In this document: piece by piece, positions 1 to 9,542 of the stretch
Layout of the letters: every line of letters begins with the position of its first letter
Position numbering within the stretch: the stretch's first letter is position 1
DNA from: an uncultured Candidatus Saccharibacteria bacterium
Lineage (GTDB): Bacteria > Patescibacteriota > WWE3 > UBA101185 > UBA10185
Direction: 5' to 3'
DNA length: 64,000 bases
Assembly: GCA_964615625.1 (NCBI GenBank)
Contig: CAZTQT010000001.1
Location: 12,438-76,437, forward strand
Notes under the pieces: generated by a model
Database searches by the model: none
What the model was told of the DNA's origin: nothing
What the model saw: the letters and a program-made list of their open reading frames with translations, nothing else
Position numbers and translations under genes: made by a program

Positions 1-1139
1 GCTTTAAGGATTTCGTTTACATTTACATTTTTTTGCACCTTTTCTTTTACAGTACCACCAAGAGCTTGGGCTGCTAAATCTACTGTCAATTCATTTCCCG
101 TGGCTTTAGCATAAGTTATAGCTTGAAGATAAGCTCCTTCTAACTCTCTTATATTTGATTCTACTTTTTCCGCTATATAGTTTATAACCTCATTAGACAC
201 GCTATCTTTTTCCTCATCTCTTTTAGATCTTAGTATTGCTGCACGCATTTCCATATCTGGTGTTTGTATATCAGCTACAATACCACTACTAAACCTTGAT
301 GTTATTCTTTCTTCCAGACTGTTAAAATCTTTTGGAGGTCTGTCAGAAGTTATAACAATTTGTTTCCCTGCCATATATAAAGTGTTAAATGTATGGAAAA
401 ACTCTTCTTGAGTAGATTCTCTGCCTATTATAAATTGGATATCATCTATCAAAAGAACATCTGCTTTTCTGAATTTTTCTCTGAATTGATTAGCAGTGTA
501 CCTTCCTCCTCCTTTCCCACTTTGTATAGTTTCTATCAATTCATTAGTAAAAGTTTCCCCAGTTGTATATACAACTCTCATTCCAGGTTTTGTCTCTATT
601 ATCTTGTTACCAATTGCTTGAATAAGGTGGGTTTTACCTAACCCAACTTTTGAGTAAATAAATACTGGGTTATACAGTTCCCCAGGTTTCTCTGATATAG
701 CTGTAGCTATAGCATATGCTAAGTTATTATTTTTTCCCAATACATAGTGTTCAAATGTTAGTTTAGAGTTTAAATTAGATTTTGCCCTTTTTTCTTCTTG
801 TATTTCAGATATATTTCTTTGTTGTGTAAAAAGAGGCCCTAATTCGTTTGTCTCTTTTTTTGCTTGGATGGTTTTTCTGGAAACAAAGAATTTAACTTTT
901 ACCTCATCCCCATAAATATTTACTAAGGCCCTTTTTACAATATCAGAGTATTTTTTTTCTAAATTTTTTCTTATAAAATCATCTTCACATGAAACCTCCA
1001 GTGTTTTATTTTCCATAGATACACCTTTAGTTCTTGAAATCATGGACTTATAAACCATGGGGGAGAGCTCGAGCTCTATTTGGCCTAGTATCGCTTTCCA
1101 CATGTCTACTGGGTTTATATTTTTATGATCGGTTTTCAT
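1..1139 (-). CDS. dnaA: Chromosomal replication initiator DnaA. The C-terminal end runs off the window start. The ATG is at 1137-1139 and is absent from the ORF track because the gene is truncated.
   Basis: My own minus-strand translation gives MKTDHKNINPVDMWKAILGQIELE...; Walker A GLGKTHL, LLIDDIQF (Walker B), sensor motifs, and C-terminal DNA-binding region, all characteristic of DnaA. Confidence 0.9.
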   Translation of the reverse strand, partial: MKTDHKNINPVDMWKAILGQIELELSPMVYKSMISRTKGVSMENKTLEVSCEDDFIRKNLEKKYSDIVKRALVNIYGDEVKVKFFVSRKTIQAKKETNELGPLFTQQRNISEIQEEKRAKSNLNSKLTFEHYVLGKNNNLAYAIATAISEKPGELYNPVFIYSKVGLGKTHLIQAIGNKIIETKPGMRVVYTTGETFTNELIETIQSGKGGGRYTANQFREKFRKADVLLIDDIQFIIGRESTQEEFFHTFNTLYMAGKQIVITSDRPPKDFNSLEERITSRFSSGIVADIQTPDMEMRAAILRSKRDEEKDSVSNEVINYIAEKVESNIRELEGAYLQAITYAKATGNELTVDLAAQALGGTVKEKVQKNVNVNEILK

Positions 1140-1227
1140 ATTTTCTATATTTGTTAACAAAACGACCACTAAGTGGGCGGGAAACTATTTTTGCGTAAAT
1201 CACGTACGGGTCTTTAGAGTACACAAG

Positions 1228-1257
1228 TTATCCACAACTATCAAGCAATGTGGATTA
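1228..1257. promoter_or_regulatory. Two inverted DnaA boxes in the 137-bp dnaA upstream region. These may be part of oriC or the dnaA autoregulatory site.
   Basis: TTATCCACA (consensus) at 1228-1236; TGTGGATTA at 1249-1257 is the reverse complement of TAATCCACA (1 mismatch). Confidence 0.6.
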
Positions 1258-1276
1258 TAAAAATGAGCGGTGCACT

Positions 1277-2023
1277 TTATTGCTGCTGCTTTTCTTCAAA
1301 AGCTTCTTTTACAGATGTTGCAATATATTCCTCGTGGGTTTGATCCAGGTTTCCTGGATAAGATGTAAAATCAGTTGTAAAATCTAAAACTTTTTCGCTA
1401 AAATATCTTTTTTCAATATCCCCGTCCCATATAACAGAGGTATCAATTCCAGCTTTTATAGAAGAGTTGGTTCCTGGGACTGAGCTTTCAAACACCAGTG
1501 CTTCTTTTTTTGATACGTTTAGCTTTTTTAAAATCTTGGAATATGTTTCTGGATCGGGTTTAGATTTCTTGATCTCATCTCCTGTTATTAAGGCATCAAA
1601 CAAACCATCTATTTCTAACCTCTTCATAATTTCTTCACAAATATATTTTGGAGTGTCAGTCACAAGTCCTATTTTCATGTTCTTTTCAGTCTTAAGTTCA
1701 TAATAAAAATCAATAAATCCTTCTGTTAGTTCCAAAGAAGTATCGGGATTTTTTATTATTTCCTCATATGCTTCCCACGTTTTTTTAACCAAGTCTTTTA
1801 TTTTAAAGTTTGTATTTATATCATTCCCATAAATAATGGCATCCCATATTTCTTCAAAAGAACACCCCTCAGAATAATATGATCTAGGCATTAAATATCC
1901 TATGGGGTTTGTATCCTCAACTTTTTCAAAGGCTTTAATCCTTAGCTCGTGTGTGTCTTTTGTAACAACACCATCTAATTCAAAGATAGCAGCTTTTTTA
2001 GAGGCAAATATATTTTTATACAT
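1277..2023 (-). CDS. HAD-superfamily hydrolase (beta-phosphoglucomutase-like)
   Basis: N-terminal FELDGVVT (DxDGT motif I); KSKPDP and GIDTS motifs later. Confidence 0.65.
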   Translation of the reverse strand: MYKNIFASKKAAIFELDGVVTKDTHELRIKAFEKVEDTNPIGYLMPRSYYSEGCSFEEIWDAIIYGNDINTNFKIKDLVKKTWEAYEEIIKNPDTSLELTEGFIDFYYELKTEKNMKIGLVTDTPKYICEEIMKRLEIDGLFDALITGDEIKKSKPDPETYSKILKKLNVSKKEALVFESSVPGTNSSIKAGIDTSVIWDGDIEKRYFSEKVLDFTTDFTSYPGNLDQTHEEYIATSVKEAFEEKQQQ

Positions 2024-2209
2024 TTATCTTCCAATAGGGATCCTTTTTCCCCTTGCGATTAAGATCACTAAATAAATAACTGTTACAGGACCTAAAACCA
2101 CGTTAATTGGGAAGTGGTACCATACAACAGGTCTCTTAGATGAAACATACAAGGCATAGATAAATCCAGCTATTATGTATATTGTTAAAATTGTTTTCCA
2201 CATATTCAC
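2024..2209 (-). CDS. Small two-helix membrane protein. Its start abuts the HAD gene stop.
   Basis: 61-aa ORF, two hydrophobic stretches; no gap to neighbours. Confidence 0.35.
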   Translation of the reverse strand: MNMWKTILTIYIIAGFIYALYVSSKRPVVWYHFPINVVLGPVTVIYLVILIARGKRIPIGR

Positions 2210-2249
2210 TATTAATTTTATATCTAATTTTTAAGTAAACAAACCACTC

Positions 2250-2684
2250 TTAATTATCAGATGTCTCGTTGAAGTACTCTTTAAGTATAAGAGCTGCTGC
2301 AAGGTGATCATTTAATGCTCTTTTTTTCATAGGTATATCAATATCTAAAGCCTCTTTTAAAGCAGCTTTAGATGTCCCAAACTCGTTTTGAAAAACAACT
2401 GGTCTTTTTGTTACCGTTCTTAGAGTTTTTGCAAACCTTCTTATTACCAACGATTCTTTGGTTTCTTTTCCCTCTGCTGTGAGTGGTAACCCCATGACCA
2501 CTAATCCTATTTTATTTTCTATAATAACTCTGTTTATTTCAAATAAGGCTATCTTTTGATCTTTTGCCATCACGACTTTTAGCGGAGATACTATGTTATT
2601 AACCCCCAAGGCAAGTCCTAAATGGGTTTCTCCATAATCTATACCAAGAATATTTGGAAGATTAGGGTCTTGTTTTACAGTCAT
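2250..2684 (-). CDS. ruvX: Holliday-junction resolvase-like YqgF/RuvX
   Basis: GIDYGETHLGLALG N-terminus and overall 144-aa YqgF architecture. Confidence 0.75.
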   Translation of the reverse strand: MTVKQDPNLPNILGIDYGETHLGLALGVNNIVSPLKVVMAKDQKIALFEINRVIIENKIGLVVMGLPLTAEGKETKESLVIRRFAKTLRTVTKRPVVFQNEFGTSKAALKEALDIDIPMKKRALNDHLAAALILKEYFNETSDN

Positions 2685-4195
2685 ATGGTTTCTCCTTTAT
2701 CTTCTTTTATTAGTTCCACATTTATTCTATCTGTATTTTTTGGAACTTTTGAGAAAAAAGGAACTCTTGGGGATATACTCATTTCGTAATATTCTATGTT
2801 TTTCAGAGACTCTATTATCTTTCTGGCTTCTTCCTCTGTTTTCCCACTTAAGCTTTCTCTAACATTATCCTCCTTAATATCAGGGATAATTATAGATCTT
2901 AATGTAATCTGAATATCAGCCTCCTTTGAATTCACAACACTGTTTACGGAATTGCCTAATACATTTATTTCTGTCTTTCTCTCTTTTTCAGGCATGTAGT
3001 GTCCTTCTGGTATAACACTCTTAAAATAATCACTAATGAAAGTGTTTAAATCCCCTTCTGTGTATATTAAGGCTTCAGCAGTAGCCTTTTGAGTTACGGA
3101 TATTTTATTTTTTTCGTCCCCAACCTGAGCACTAAATGTTTCAGAAGTTACTGTTACTTTTGTAGAACCTTCCACAAGCTTTTGATTTGAGGCTAGCTTA
3201 TTTTTTAAATCCTCCTCAGCCTTTTTAAGTAACGTTGTTCTAAGCTCACTAGAAACATCTGTTTTATCTGATTCTAAAACAATTTTTATTTCCTTACTGT
3301 TTCCTCCTGATAGTTTTCCTTTGGTCTTAGCTTCAGCCTCACTTTTATTTTTTCCAGATACAGAAAGGTTTTCATTATCATCTATGTTGTAATCCGGTCC
3401 TATATCTGAGGCTTCTACTTTTGCCTCAACCTCACCCCATTTTGATGTTAGTGTTTCTAGATCTTCTTCCCTTGGCGGTACAGTCACACTTTCCTTTAAC
3501 ACGTATACCAAGCTGTTAGACCCGTTTTTATAAGTAATCTTATTACCTTTATCAAGCTCCATCTCAGTATCTGTTTTATTGTATATTTTTATTTCCCCTG
3601 TAGCCTTTTCTCCTACAGTTTTTGAACCCGAAGTGTCCTTTTCTAAGCTATCTTCAACCTCTGCTGACAAAGTACTTCCGCGTAATATCATTTCTTTAAC
3701 ATTTGTTTGAGAATCGGCCTTTATTTTTACAGATATACTTTTTATGAATGGGTTAGATCCTACTGTTATTTTTACTGTAGCTTTGGGTGCTGTTGATCCG
3801 TAATAAATAAAAGAACCTACTAAAATTAAAGGTATTAACGCTAACAACCATTTTTTGTTTTCCCCTATTTTAGGCATTTTTATATGTGGGATACTAATAT
3901 TTCTCTTTTTTGGTTTTGTTGTGTATTCTTCAGTTCTTCCAAATTCCTCCGGTATGTACTCCATTTCTTTTCCTGATAATGCTTCCAATAAAACCTCTCC
4001 ATGCTCGTCGTTGGTAGAGAAGTTGATACTTTTTTCCATTTTATCGGCTTCGTGTTGAATAAGTTTTAAATTTAGAAAGTTCTCAAACAAAACAGATCCT
4101 TCTGGTATGAAAAGATCAATATTAAGATCACTAACCTCTTTAATTTTATTTATAACTTCTATTACATTATCTTCTTGGTTTAATTCCATTCTCAT
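2681..4195 (-). CDS. Bitopic membrane protein. It has a ~120-aa cytoplasmic N-terminus, one transmembrane (TM) helix and a ~370-aa Lys/Ser/Glu-rich extracytoplasmic domain. Function unknown. It may be the PilN-like partner of the adjacent actin-like protein.
   Basis: TM helix WLLALIPLILVGSFIYYG; the N-terminal NIDLFIPEG loosely resembles the PilN INLLP peptide; 4-nt overlap with ruvX. Confidence 0.4.
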   Translation of the reverse strand: MRMELNQEDNVIEVINKIKEVSDLNIDLFIPEGSVLFENFLNLKLIQHEADKMEKSINFSTNDEHGEVLLEALSGKEMEYIPEEFGRTEEYTTKPKKRNISIPHIKMPKIGENKKWLLALIPLILVGSFIYYGSTAPKATVKITVGSNPFIKSISVKIKADSQTNVKEMILRGSTLSAEVEDSLEKDTSGSKTVGEKATGEIKIYNKTDTEMELDKGNKITYKNGSNSLVYVLKESVTVPPREEDLETLTSKWGEVEAKVEASDIGPDYNIDDNENLSVSGKNKSEAEAKTKGKLSGGNSKEIKIVLESDKTDVSSELRTTLLKKAEEDLKNKLASNQKLVEGSTKVTVTSETFSAQVGDEKNKISVTQKATAEALIYTEGDLNTFISDYFKSVIPEGHYMPEKERKTEINVLGNSVNSVVNSKEADIQITLRSIIIPDIKEDNVRESLSGKTEEEARKIIESLKNIEYYEMSISPRVPFFSKVPKNTDRINVELIKEDKGETI

Positions 4196-4196
4196 A

Positions 4197-5399
4197 TTAA
4201 ATTACCCCTATTATTTCTTTATAAATAACTGATGCAGAAGCCATATATGTCCAATCATCACCTATGTTTTGATCTGTTATGTTGGCTATCTCAGGACTGT
4301 TTAGAAAAGAAAACTTTTTAAATTCTGGGTCATTCTTAAAAGGTATTGTCTTGGACCACTGTTCTGTTTCAAGAGCTTGAAAAATATCATCTATGTCAGA
4401 ACCACATCCAGAAAAATATACAGTTGGAGCAAAAGTTTTAACCCCAGGAAAATCTTCAAAAAGAATTTTTAAACCATCTATCCATATTTCTAAAACTTCC
4501 CTCAAACATGCTTTTACAAGGTTTGTTTCACTTTCTGATAGTTTTTTAGCTTTGTACATTTTAATAACAGCCTCAGTTTCTTTATTAGATAAACCCATCT
4601 TTGATCCAATAGCCTTTAAAAAGTGCAGATACCCTATGTTTAAAGATCTTGATGATGCCATACCTCCACTAAAAACAGCTCCAACATCAGTGGAATCCTC
4701 GGATAGATTTATGAGTACAAAGTCCTCTGGTTCAGTTGATGAAGTTTTTATTAATTCAACCAAAGAATACATCTGAGATCCTATGGCTATAATATTTAGG
4801 CCAGCCTTTTTAACAACATTTTGAACGGATTTTATATGAAAATCTGGAACGAATGCGTTATACACAGCCATTTCTACAGTTTGTCCTCTTTGTCCCTCAA
4901 GAACCCCAACCTTTTGATCATCTACCTTGAAATATATATCTGATGTTGTTATTGCACTTATACCAATGTCTGGATCACCTGTATTTTCCAAAACCTTGTT
5001 TCTGGCTTGGATAACAGCCGCTTCTTCTATTCTTTGATACATGTTTTCTATTTCGGATGTTTGTATAGGCTCTGATGTTGGTCTTTTCATCCTAACTGTT
5101 GTAGTAAGGCTGGTTGTTATACCTCCATCCAGACCGACAATAACGCTTTTAGTTTTGTTTTGTGAATTTTGAGTTGCTTTTTCTACAGTATTTTTTATTG
5201 CGTCTACAACAATATCATTGTATAAAATCATCCCGTTTCTGACAGAACCTTCGGGTAACTCTTGAAAACTTGCACCAGTTATATTTATTACGTTTTCGTT
5301 ATAGAGTAGCTCTAAGCATTTAACATCTCTAGCATTTATATTAAGAACCAAAAATCTATCATTATCCTCATACACTTTTTTAAAAGATGGCAGATTCAT
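4197..5399 (-). CDS. Actin-fold ATPase of the PilM/FtsA family
   Basis: N-terminal FLVLNINARDVKCLEL (phosphate-1-like), VIVGLDGG (second), GGMASSRSLNIGY; no ftsZ adjacent. Confidence 0.6.
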   Translation of the reverse strand: MNLPSFKKVYEDNDRFLVLNINARDVKCLELLYNENVINITGASFQELPEGSVRNGMILYNDIVVDAIKNTVEKATQNSQNKTKSVIVGLDGGITTSLTTTVRMKRPTSEPIQTSEIENMYQRIEEAAVIQARNKVLENTGDPDIGISAITTSDIYFKVDDQKVGVLEGQRGQTVEMAVYNAFVPDFHIKSVQNVVKKAGLNIIAIGSQMYSLVELIKTSSTEPEDFVLINLSEDSTDVGAVFSGGMASSRSLNIGYLHFLKAIGSKMGLSNKETEAVIKMYKAKKLSESETNLVKACLREVLEIWIDGLKILFEDFPGVKTFAPTVYFSGCGSDIDDIFQALETEQWSKTIPFKNDPEFKKFSFLNSPEIANITDQNIGDDWTYMASASVIYKEIIGVI

Positions 5400-5449
5400 A
5401 TTTGACTAGATTATACAAGCAAACGCGTGTTTATTTCAACGGATGGGTG

Positions 5450-7870
5450 TTAAAAAGGAAGTTTTGCAAAAGGATTTTCAGTAGTAGCATCTTTAAGATT
5501 TAAAACAGGGTCTGGGCTTAGTCTACTGTTTATAAATTCTTCCACCTCTTCTATAGGTGTGCCGTATTTTAATCTTGAAAGTTCCTTTATTTCTTCAGCA
5601 AGCTGTGAATCTCTTTTTACGGAGGTTAAATCATTCCAATCTACAAAGAGTGAGAATGGGGGAGTAGGTTGGCCTTTTACTAGTAATTTTATGTAGGCAT
5701 TCCCAACGCGTAAGTTGCTTAAATCATGTTTTGTGAACACAGGTTCAAACTGTGTTTCTAAGTATTCAGCATCATCTAAACCAACTCTGAATGCACATGT
5801 TGTACCTACATTACCAAAAACAGCAGTTTTTATGTCTTCTGGTAATTGTTCTATAAATTGATGTGCTACAGTTAGGTTTAATTTATATTTTCTTGCCTCA
5901 GATAGTATTGTTGCAAAATCTGGGGTAGCAAAGTTTTGAAATTCATCCACATGCAAAAAGAAATTTGGAAAATCCCCCTTTAGTTTTTGTCTCCTAAGAG
6001 CTGCAGTTAGTATTCTAGGTACCAAAAGAAGACCTAAGAAGTTTGAATTTTCCTCACCTATCTTTCCTTTCGCAAGATCTACTAACAATATCTTTTTATT
6101 TGCCATTATCTCGTCAAAGTCTATTGAAGATTTCTTTTGCCCTATTATATCTCTCATTGTTCTATCAACAGTTATACGATCAAATTTAGATGCAAAGTAC
6201 CCCATTGTTTCTGATTTTCTATTTTGGGATGTTCCTGCCATTTCATCCCAGTACATTTTGACCATAGGGTCTGTGATTTTATCCATAAATTTTTTGGAGT
6301 AACTCTCGTCTATAAAAAGCTTCAAAACATCTATCATTGTTGATTCTGGATCCGTCATAGCTGTAAGCATGACGCTTCTTATAGCTCTCTCAAGTACGGG
6401 ACCCATTATTCCTTGATGGTTAGGATCATAAAGCTTATATAGCAAAGCTATAAAGGAGTTAATTAACATGTGTTTTTCCTCTTCTGTCTTAGCTTCTAAC
6501 ATGTTTATACCAAGAGGTCTTTCTCTATCAGAGGCGTCAAAAAGAATAACGTCATTTTTTCTTTCTGGTGGGATTTTTTCCAACAATGCTTGAACATCTG
6601 TCCCGTGGGGGTCTATAACAGCAACACCTTCCCCTCTTTGTATATCTTGTAAGGCTAGCCACATCATAAGCTCAGATTTTCCTGTTCCTGTTTGACCTAT
6701 TATATAAACGTGTCGTTTTCTATCCTCATCTCTTATGAAAACTTTCTTTTTAATCCCTCTAAAAACACTCCAGCCTAGGAAAGCACCATCACCCTCATCA
6801 GGTAAATTAACAGGAGCAGAGGATGTTTTAGCACCTAACCATTCTATATTTGGTGTAGTTACATCTTTATTTGGAAAGTGAAATATTGTTGCCATTTCAA
6901 CAATATTCAAGACAGAGACATTTGAATATATTTGTTTTCCTACAATTGGCAATGTCAGTCTTTTTAAATTCATTCTTCTGTAAACAAAGTCCTCAACAAA
7001 TCTGATAGACGATGATGTATTTTTTCTAACAAATCTGTTGTATGTTATGTCTGTGAATTGCTCAAAAGCACTTGCTAAATTCTGTATCTGAGCCTCAGCA
7101 GCTATTTTATCTTCTGCTATGGAGACAATTCTTATTTTCGCAAAATACCCAGGATTACTTATTTTGTTCTCTATACCTTCAAGAAACTTTTCATCTACAG
7201 AAACAACCTTTTCCGGGTTAGCTTTTATAGCCTTTATTTTTGATATAAAACTTCTTCCAGCTAATCTCCAGCTGTCATCAGCTGACTGAAGTATATATTG
7301 TATTGCAAGAACCTCTCCGCTTCTCATTTTGCTCATAGCTGATGTTATTGAACCCATGGAATCACTTTTTAAATTTTCATATTCTTTGATGGGGTAGTAA
7401 GAAGGAGCTCTCAGGCGTAACTCTGTAACTCTGGTGTGCTTCCCTCTATCCCATATTTCTGGTGGGGGGACAACGTCTATATCTGCTTCAGGATAGGACC
7501 CGTTTATTTGTTTTTCTACTATGGTGGATATTTCATTTGGAGCAGCAACATAAAAAGAAATACCTGATTCTTTAGATATTATTTCAAAAGATATTCTGTA
7601 CTGTCCTGTAAAAAAAGCTCCTAAAGGACTTTTTCTTAAACTTAATAAGCTTGAAAACATGTGCTCAGCAGCTTTTACTTCTATCTCGTTTTCTTTTGGA
7701 AGTCGTACTTGGAAAAAAGTTAAGTTAAATTGGTAGTTTCTCTCATTTCTTCTCCTGATTATTGAGGACACAATCAAAATTATTAAAAAAATAACAAAAA
7801 AAACTATGAGTATAACTAGAGCACTTTCTGCAAAAGTTGTAGATTTTTCTAGAACATTACCTTGATGCAC
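5450..7870 (-). CDS. Membrane-anchored P-loop ATPase of the HerA/FtsK/VirB4-VirD4 superfamily (DUF87-like)
   Basis: N-terminal TM helix; Walker A IIGQTGTGKS followed by VIDPHG; Walker B HVDEFQNF; downstream ARKYKLNLTVAHQ (HerA/TraG-type); 806 aa. Confidence 0.6.
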   Translation of the reverse strand: MHQGNVLEKSTTFAESALVILIVFFVIFLIILIVSSIIRRRNERNYQFNLTFFQVRLPKENEIEVKAAEHMFSSLLSLRKSPLGAFFTGQYRISFEIISKESGISFYVAAPNEISTIVEKQINGSYPEADIDVVPPPEIWDRGKHTRVTELRLRAPSYYPIKEYENLKSDSMGSITSAMSKMRSGEVLAIQYILQSADDSWRLAGRSFISKIKAIKANPEKVVSVDEKFLEGIENKISNPGYFAKIRIVSIAEDKIAAEAQIQNLASAFEQFTDITYNRFVRKNTSSSIRFVEDFVYRRMNLKRLTLPIVGKQIYSNVSVLNIVEMATIFHFPNKDVTTPNIEWLGAKTSSAPVNLPDEGDGAFLGWSVFRGIKKKVFIRDEDRKRHVYIIGQTGTGKSELMMWLALQDIQRGEGVAVIDPHGTDVQALLEKIPPERKNDVILFDASDRERPLGINMLEAKTEEEKHMLINSFIALLYKLYDPNHQGIMGPVLERAIRSVMLTAMTDPESTMIDVLKLFIDESYSKKFMDKITDPMVKMYWDEMAGTSQNRKSETMGYFASKFDRITVDRTMRDIIGQKKSSIDFDEIMANKKILLVDLAKGKIGEENSNFLGLLLVPRILTAALRRQKLKGDFPNFFLHVDEFQNFATPDFATILSEARKYKLNLTVAHQFIEQLPEDIKTAVFGNVGTTCAFRVGLDDAEYLETQFEPVFTKHDLSNLRVGNAYIKLLVKGQPTPPFSLFVDWNDLTSVKRDSQLAEEIKELSRLKYGTPIEEVEEFINSRLSPDPVLNLKDATTENPFAKLPF

Positions 7871-8267
7871 GGGCAGCTTCCTCCATTTGTCCTTCTATGA
7901 ATTCTGCTTCTGTATCATTGGCCTTTTGGTGCTCATCAGTGCTTGCCGGGTCTACAGGGGTGTCTTCAAAATATTTTATTTCCTCCTCACTTTTAGCTTC
8001 CACATCTACGTTAGCAGGTATTTCTTTTATGTTACCTATCGTATTTATGGTTTCTGTGTGTTTTTCCTTTTCTACTGTTTCTGCTGTCTCATTGCTAATT
8101 ACCTCTGTAGTGTTTATCATTTTCTCATTATTGTTGGGCCACAAGTCTGTTACTTTTTCCACATCACCGGTTTGATTAGAAGTTTCTTCTGTATTATAAG
8201 CACCAATAGGCTTTTCAGGCTGATACTCATGACCAATTAGAGAGTTTATAGAAGTATCATTATTCAT
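7857..8267 (-). CDS. Acidic hypothetical protein, 14-nt overlap with the ATPase gene
   Basis: 136-aa Glu/Thr-rich ORF; shares the operon position. Confidence 0.35.
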   Translation of the reverse strand: MNNDTSINSLIGHEYQPEKPIGAYNTEETSNQTGDVEKVTDLWPNNNEKMINTTEVISNETAETVEKEKHTETINTIGNIKEIPANVDVEAKSEEEIKYFEDTPVDPASTDEHQKANDTEAEFIEGQMEEAARASR

Positions 8268-8299
8268 AGAAATATTCTAACACTGAGGATTATTTATAA

Positions 8300-8734
8300 C
8301 TATCTCTTTTTAACACCTTTAAAGTATCTTTTGCGAGATTTTCCTATCTCTTCCTCTATGTTATCGGTTATCTCGTCAATTTTGTTTAGAAATGGTTCTT
8401 TATTTTCCTCAATTTTATTTTTCACACTGTTTATTTTTTCCTTTGTTTTTTCTACAAAAGGCTCAGCTTTTACTTTTATCTCTTCATATTTCTCTTTTGC
8501 TTTTTCTACAACCTCCTCACCTTTTTGTTCATACTCCTTAGCTACTTTTTTAATCTTCTTTCTTGTTTCTTCACCTTTGTCTGGTGCAAAGATAACCCCA
8601 AGTAATGCTCCAATAGCAGCTCCCCAAAAAAATCCTTTAGAAAAAGAACCTTTTTTTCTATCGTAATATCTATAATCTCTTTCCATATCAATATTCCTCA
8701 TAGTCGTATTCATCCTCCTTTCTTTTTTTATCAA
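8300..8734 (-). CDS. YtxH-like (DUF948) coiled-coil membrane protein. The true start is probably internal (MERDY... near 8686).
   Basis: GFFWGAAIGALLGVIFAP followed by charged coiled-coil; the longest-ORF start overlaps the upstream gene by 47 nt. Confidence 0.45.
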   Translation of the reverse strand: MIKKERRMNTTMRNIDMERDYRYYDRKKGSFSKGFFWGAAIGALLGVIFAPDKGEETRKKIKKVAKEYEQKGEEVVEKAKEKYEEIKVKAEPFVEKTKEKINSVKNKIEENKEPFLNKIDEITDNIEEEIGKSRKRYFKGVKKR

Positions 8735-8978
8735 ATATATTTACTAAAGATCTTAAGTTATCTACACCTTTTGTAATATCACCAACAAGTCCCGCCACAG
8801 AATTAATTGGCTCTGTTACAGATCTTATTAGTTTTCTTGCGGTTTTAGTTATCTCCTTAAATTCCCTTGTTATACCCTGTATCTCTTTTAAAATAAGTGC
8901 GATATAAATCAAGACTGCTATAACAGCAACATATGTAGCTATTCTGACTATGATTAGTATTATTTCTAATGTTTCCAT
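8688..8978 (-). CDS. DUF948-like small membrane protein
   Basis: N-terminal TM helix plus short coiled-coil; paired with the YtxH-like gene. Confidence 0.4.
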   Translation of the reverse strand: METLEIILIIVRIATYVAVIAVLIYIALILKEIQGITREFKEITKTARKLIRSVTEPINSVAGLVGDITKGVDNLRSLVNIFDKKRKEDEYDYEEY

Positions 8979-9120
8979 TTTGGGTTTCCGTTGCCCAAAA
9001 CAGCACGACAGGGTGGTGTATAAGGGCAGATAAATTTAGTTAAAGTATACCCGTTGCTTACTAGAACAGTCAATATTTTGCTATACTTTTTGTAGGTAAA
9101 TATTTAAAAAGGATTTAAAA

Positions 9121-9414
9121 ATGGAAGAAAATCAAAATAATGATTTTAGTGCTGTTCAAGGAGATGGGGGTTTTTCTGAGGAAAGTAACGAGAACTTAGA
9201 TTTAGAAGAAAACTTACAATCAGACGAAGATGTTGGTGATGATGATAGTGTTTTGGGGTCAATCCCTGGAGTAGGTGTTAGAAACATTGTGGTTCAAGAT
9301 CCTGTTAAACAACAAGAAACCGCTCCTGTAGAGAGTGTTGTTGAAACATCCACTGAAGTGATGGATTCCATGGAAGAAGATACCGAGTCTTATATGGAAG
9401 ATGAGGCTGTTTAG
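9121..9414 (+). CDS. Acidic hypothetical protein
   Basis: 97-aa ORF, Asp/Glu-rich, preceded by an AT-rich promoter region. Confidence 0.35.
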   Translation: MEENQNNDFSAVQGDGGFSEESNENLDLEENLQSDEDVGDDDSVLGSIPGVGVRNIVVQDPVKQQETAPVESVVETSTEVMDSMEEDTESYMEDEAV

Positions 9415-9445
9415 TTTAGGGGTTTTAGTTTTTAGTAGAAATTAA

Positions 9446-9509
9446 GAGGGCCCCGCAGAATGCGGGGCCCTCTCTTGATGTGTTTGCCTTTTAAATAAAA
9501 GGCAAACAC
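9446..9509. terminator. Two tandem perfect hairpins between the convergent 9121-9414 ORF and dnaK. They form a bidirectional terminator.
   Basis: GAGGGCCCCGCA-gaa-TGCGGGGCCCTC (9446-9472, 12 bp); GTGTTTGCCTTTT-aaat-AAAAGGCAAACAC (9480-9509, 13 bp). Confidence 0.7.
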
Positions 9510-9542
9510 ACATTATGTATAACTTTTATACTCTAAAGTGAC

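Noticed and set aside
393-641. 82-aa plus-strand ORF
   Set aside because: It lies wholly inside, and antisense to, the well-supported dnaA reading frame. It is a shadow ORF.
1140-1276. Calling this spacer the definitive oriC
   Set aside because: Only two DnaA boxes and no clear AT-rich DUE repeats were seen. The flanking gene orientation argues against it, so it is listed as regulatory DnaA boxes only.
7887-8240. 117-aa and 92-aa plus-strand ORFs
   Set aside because: They are antisense to the acidic protein ORF that is coupled to the ATPase gene. Both are hydrophobic low-complexity shadow frames.
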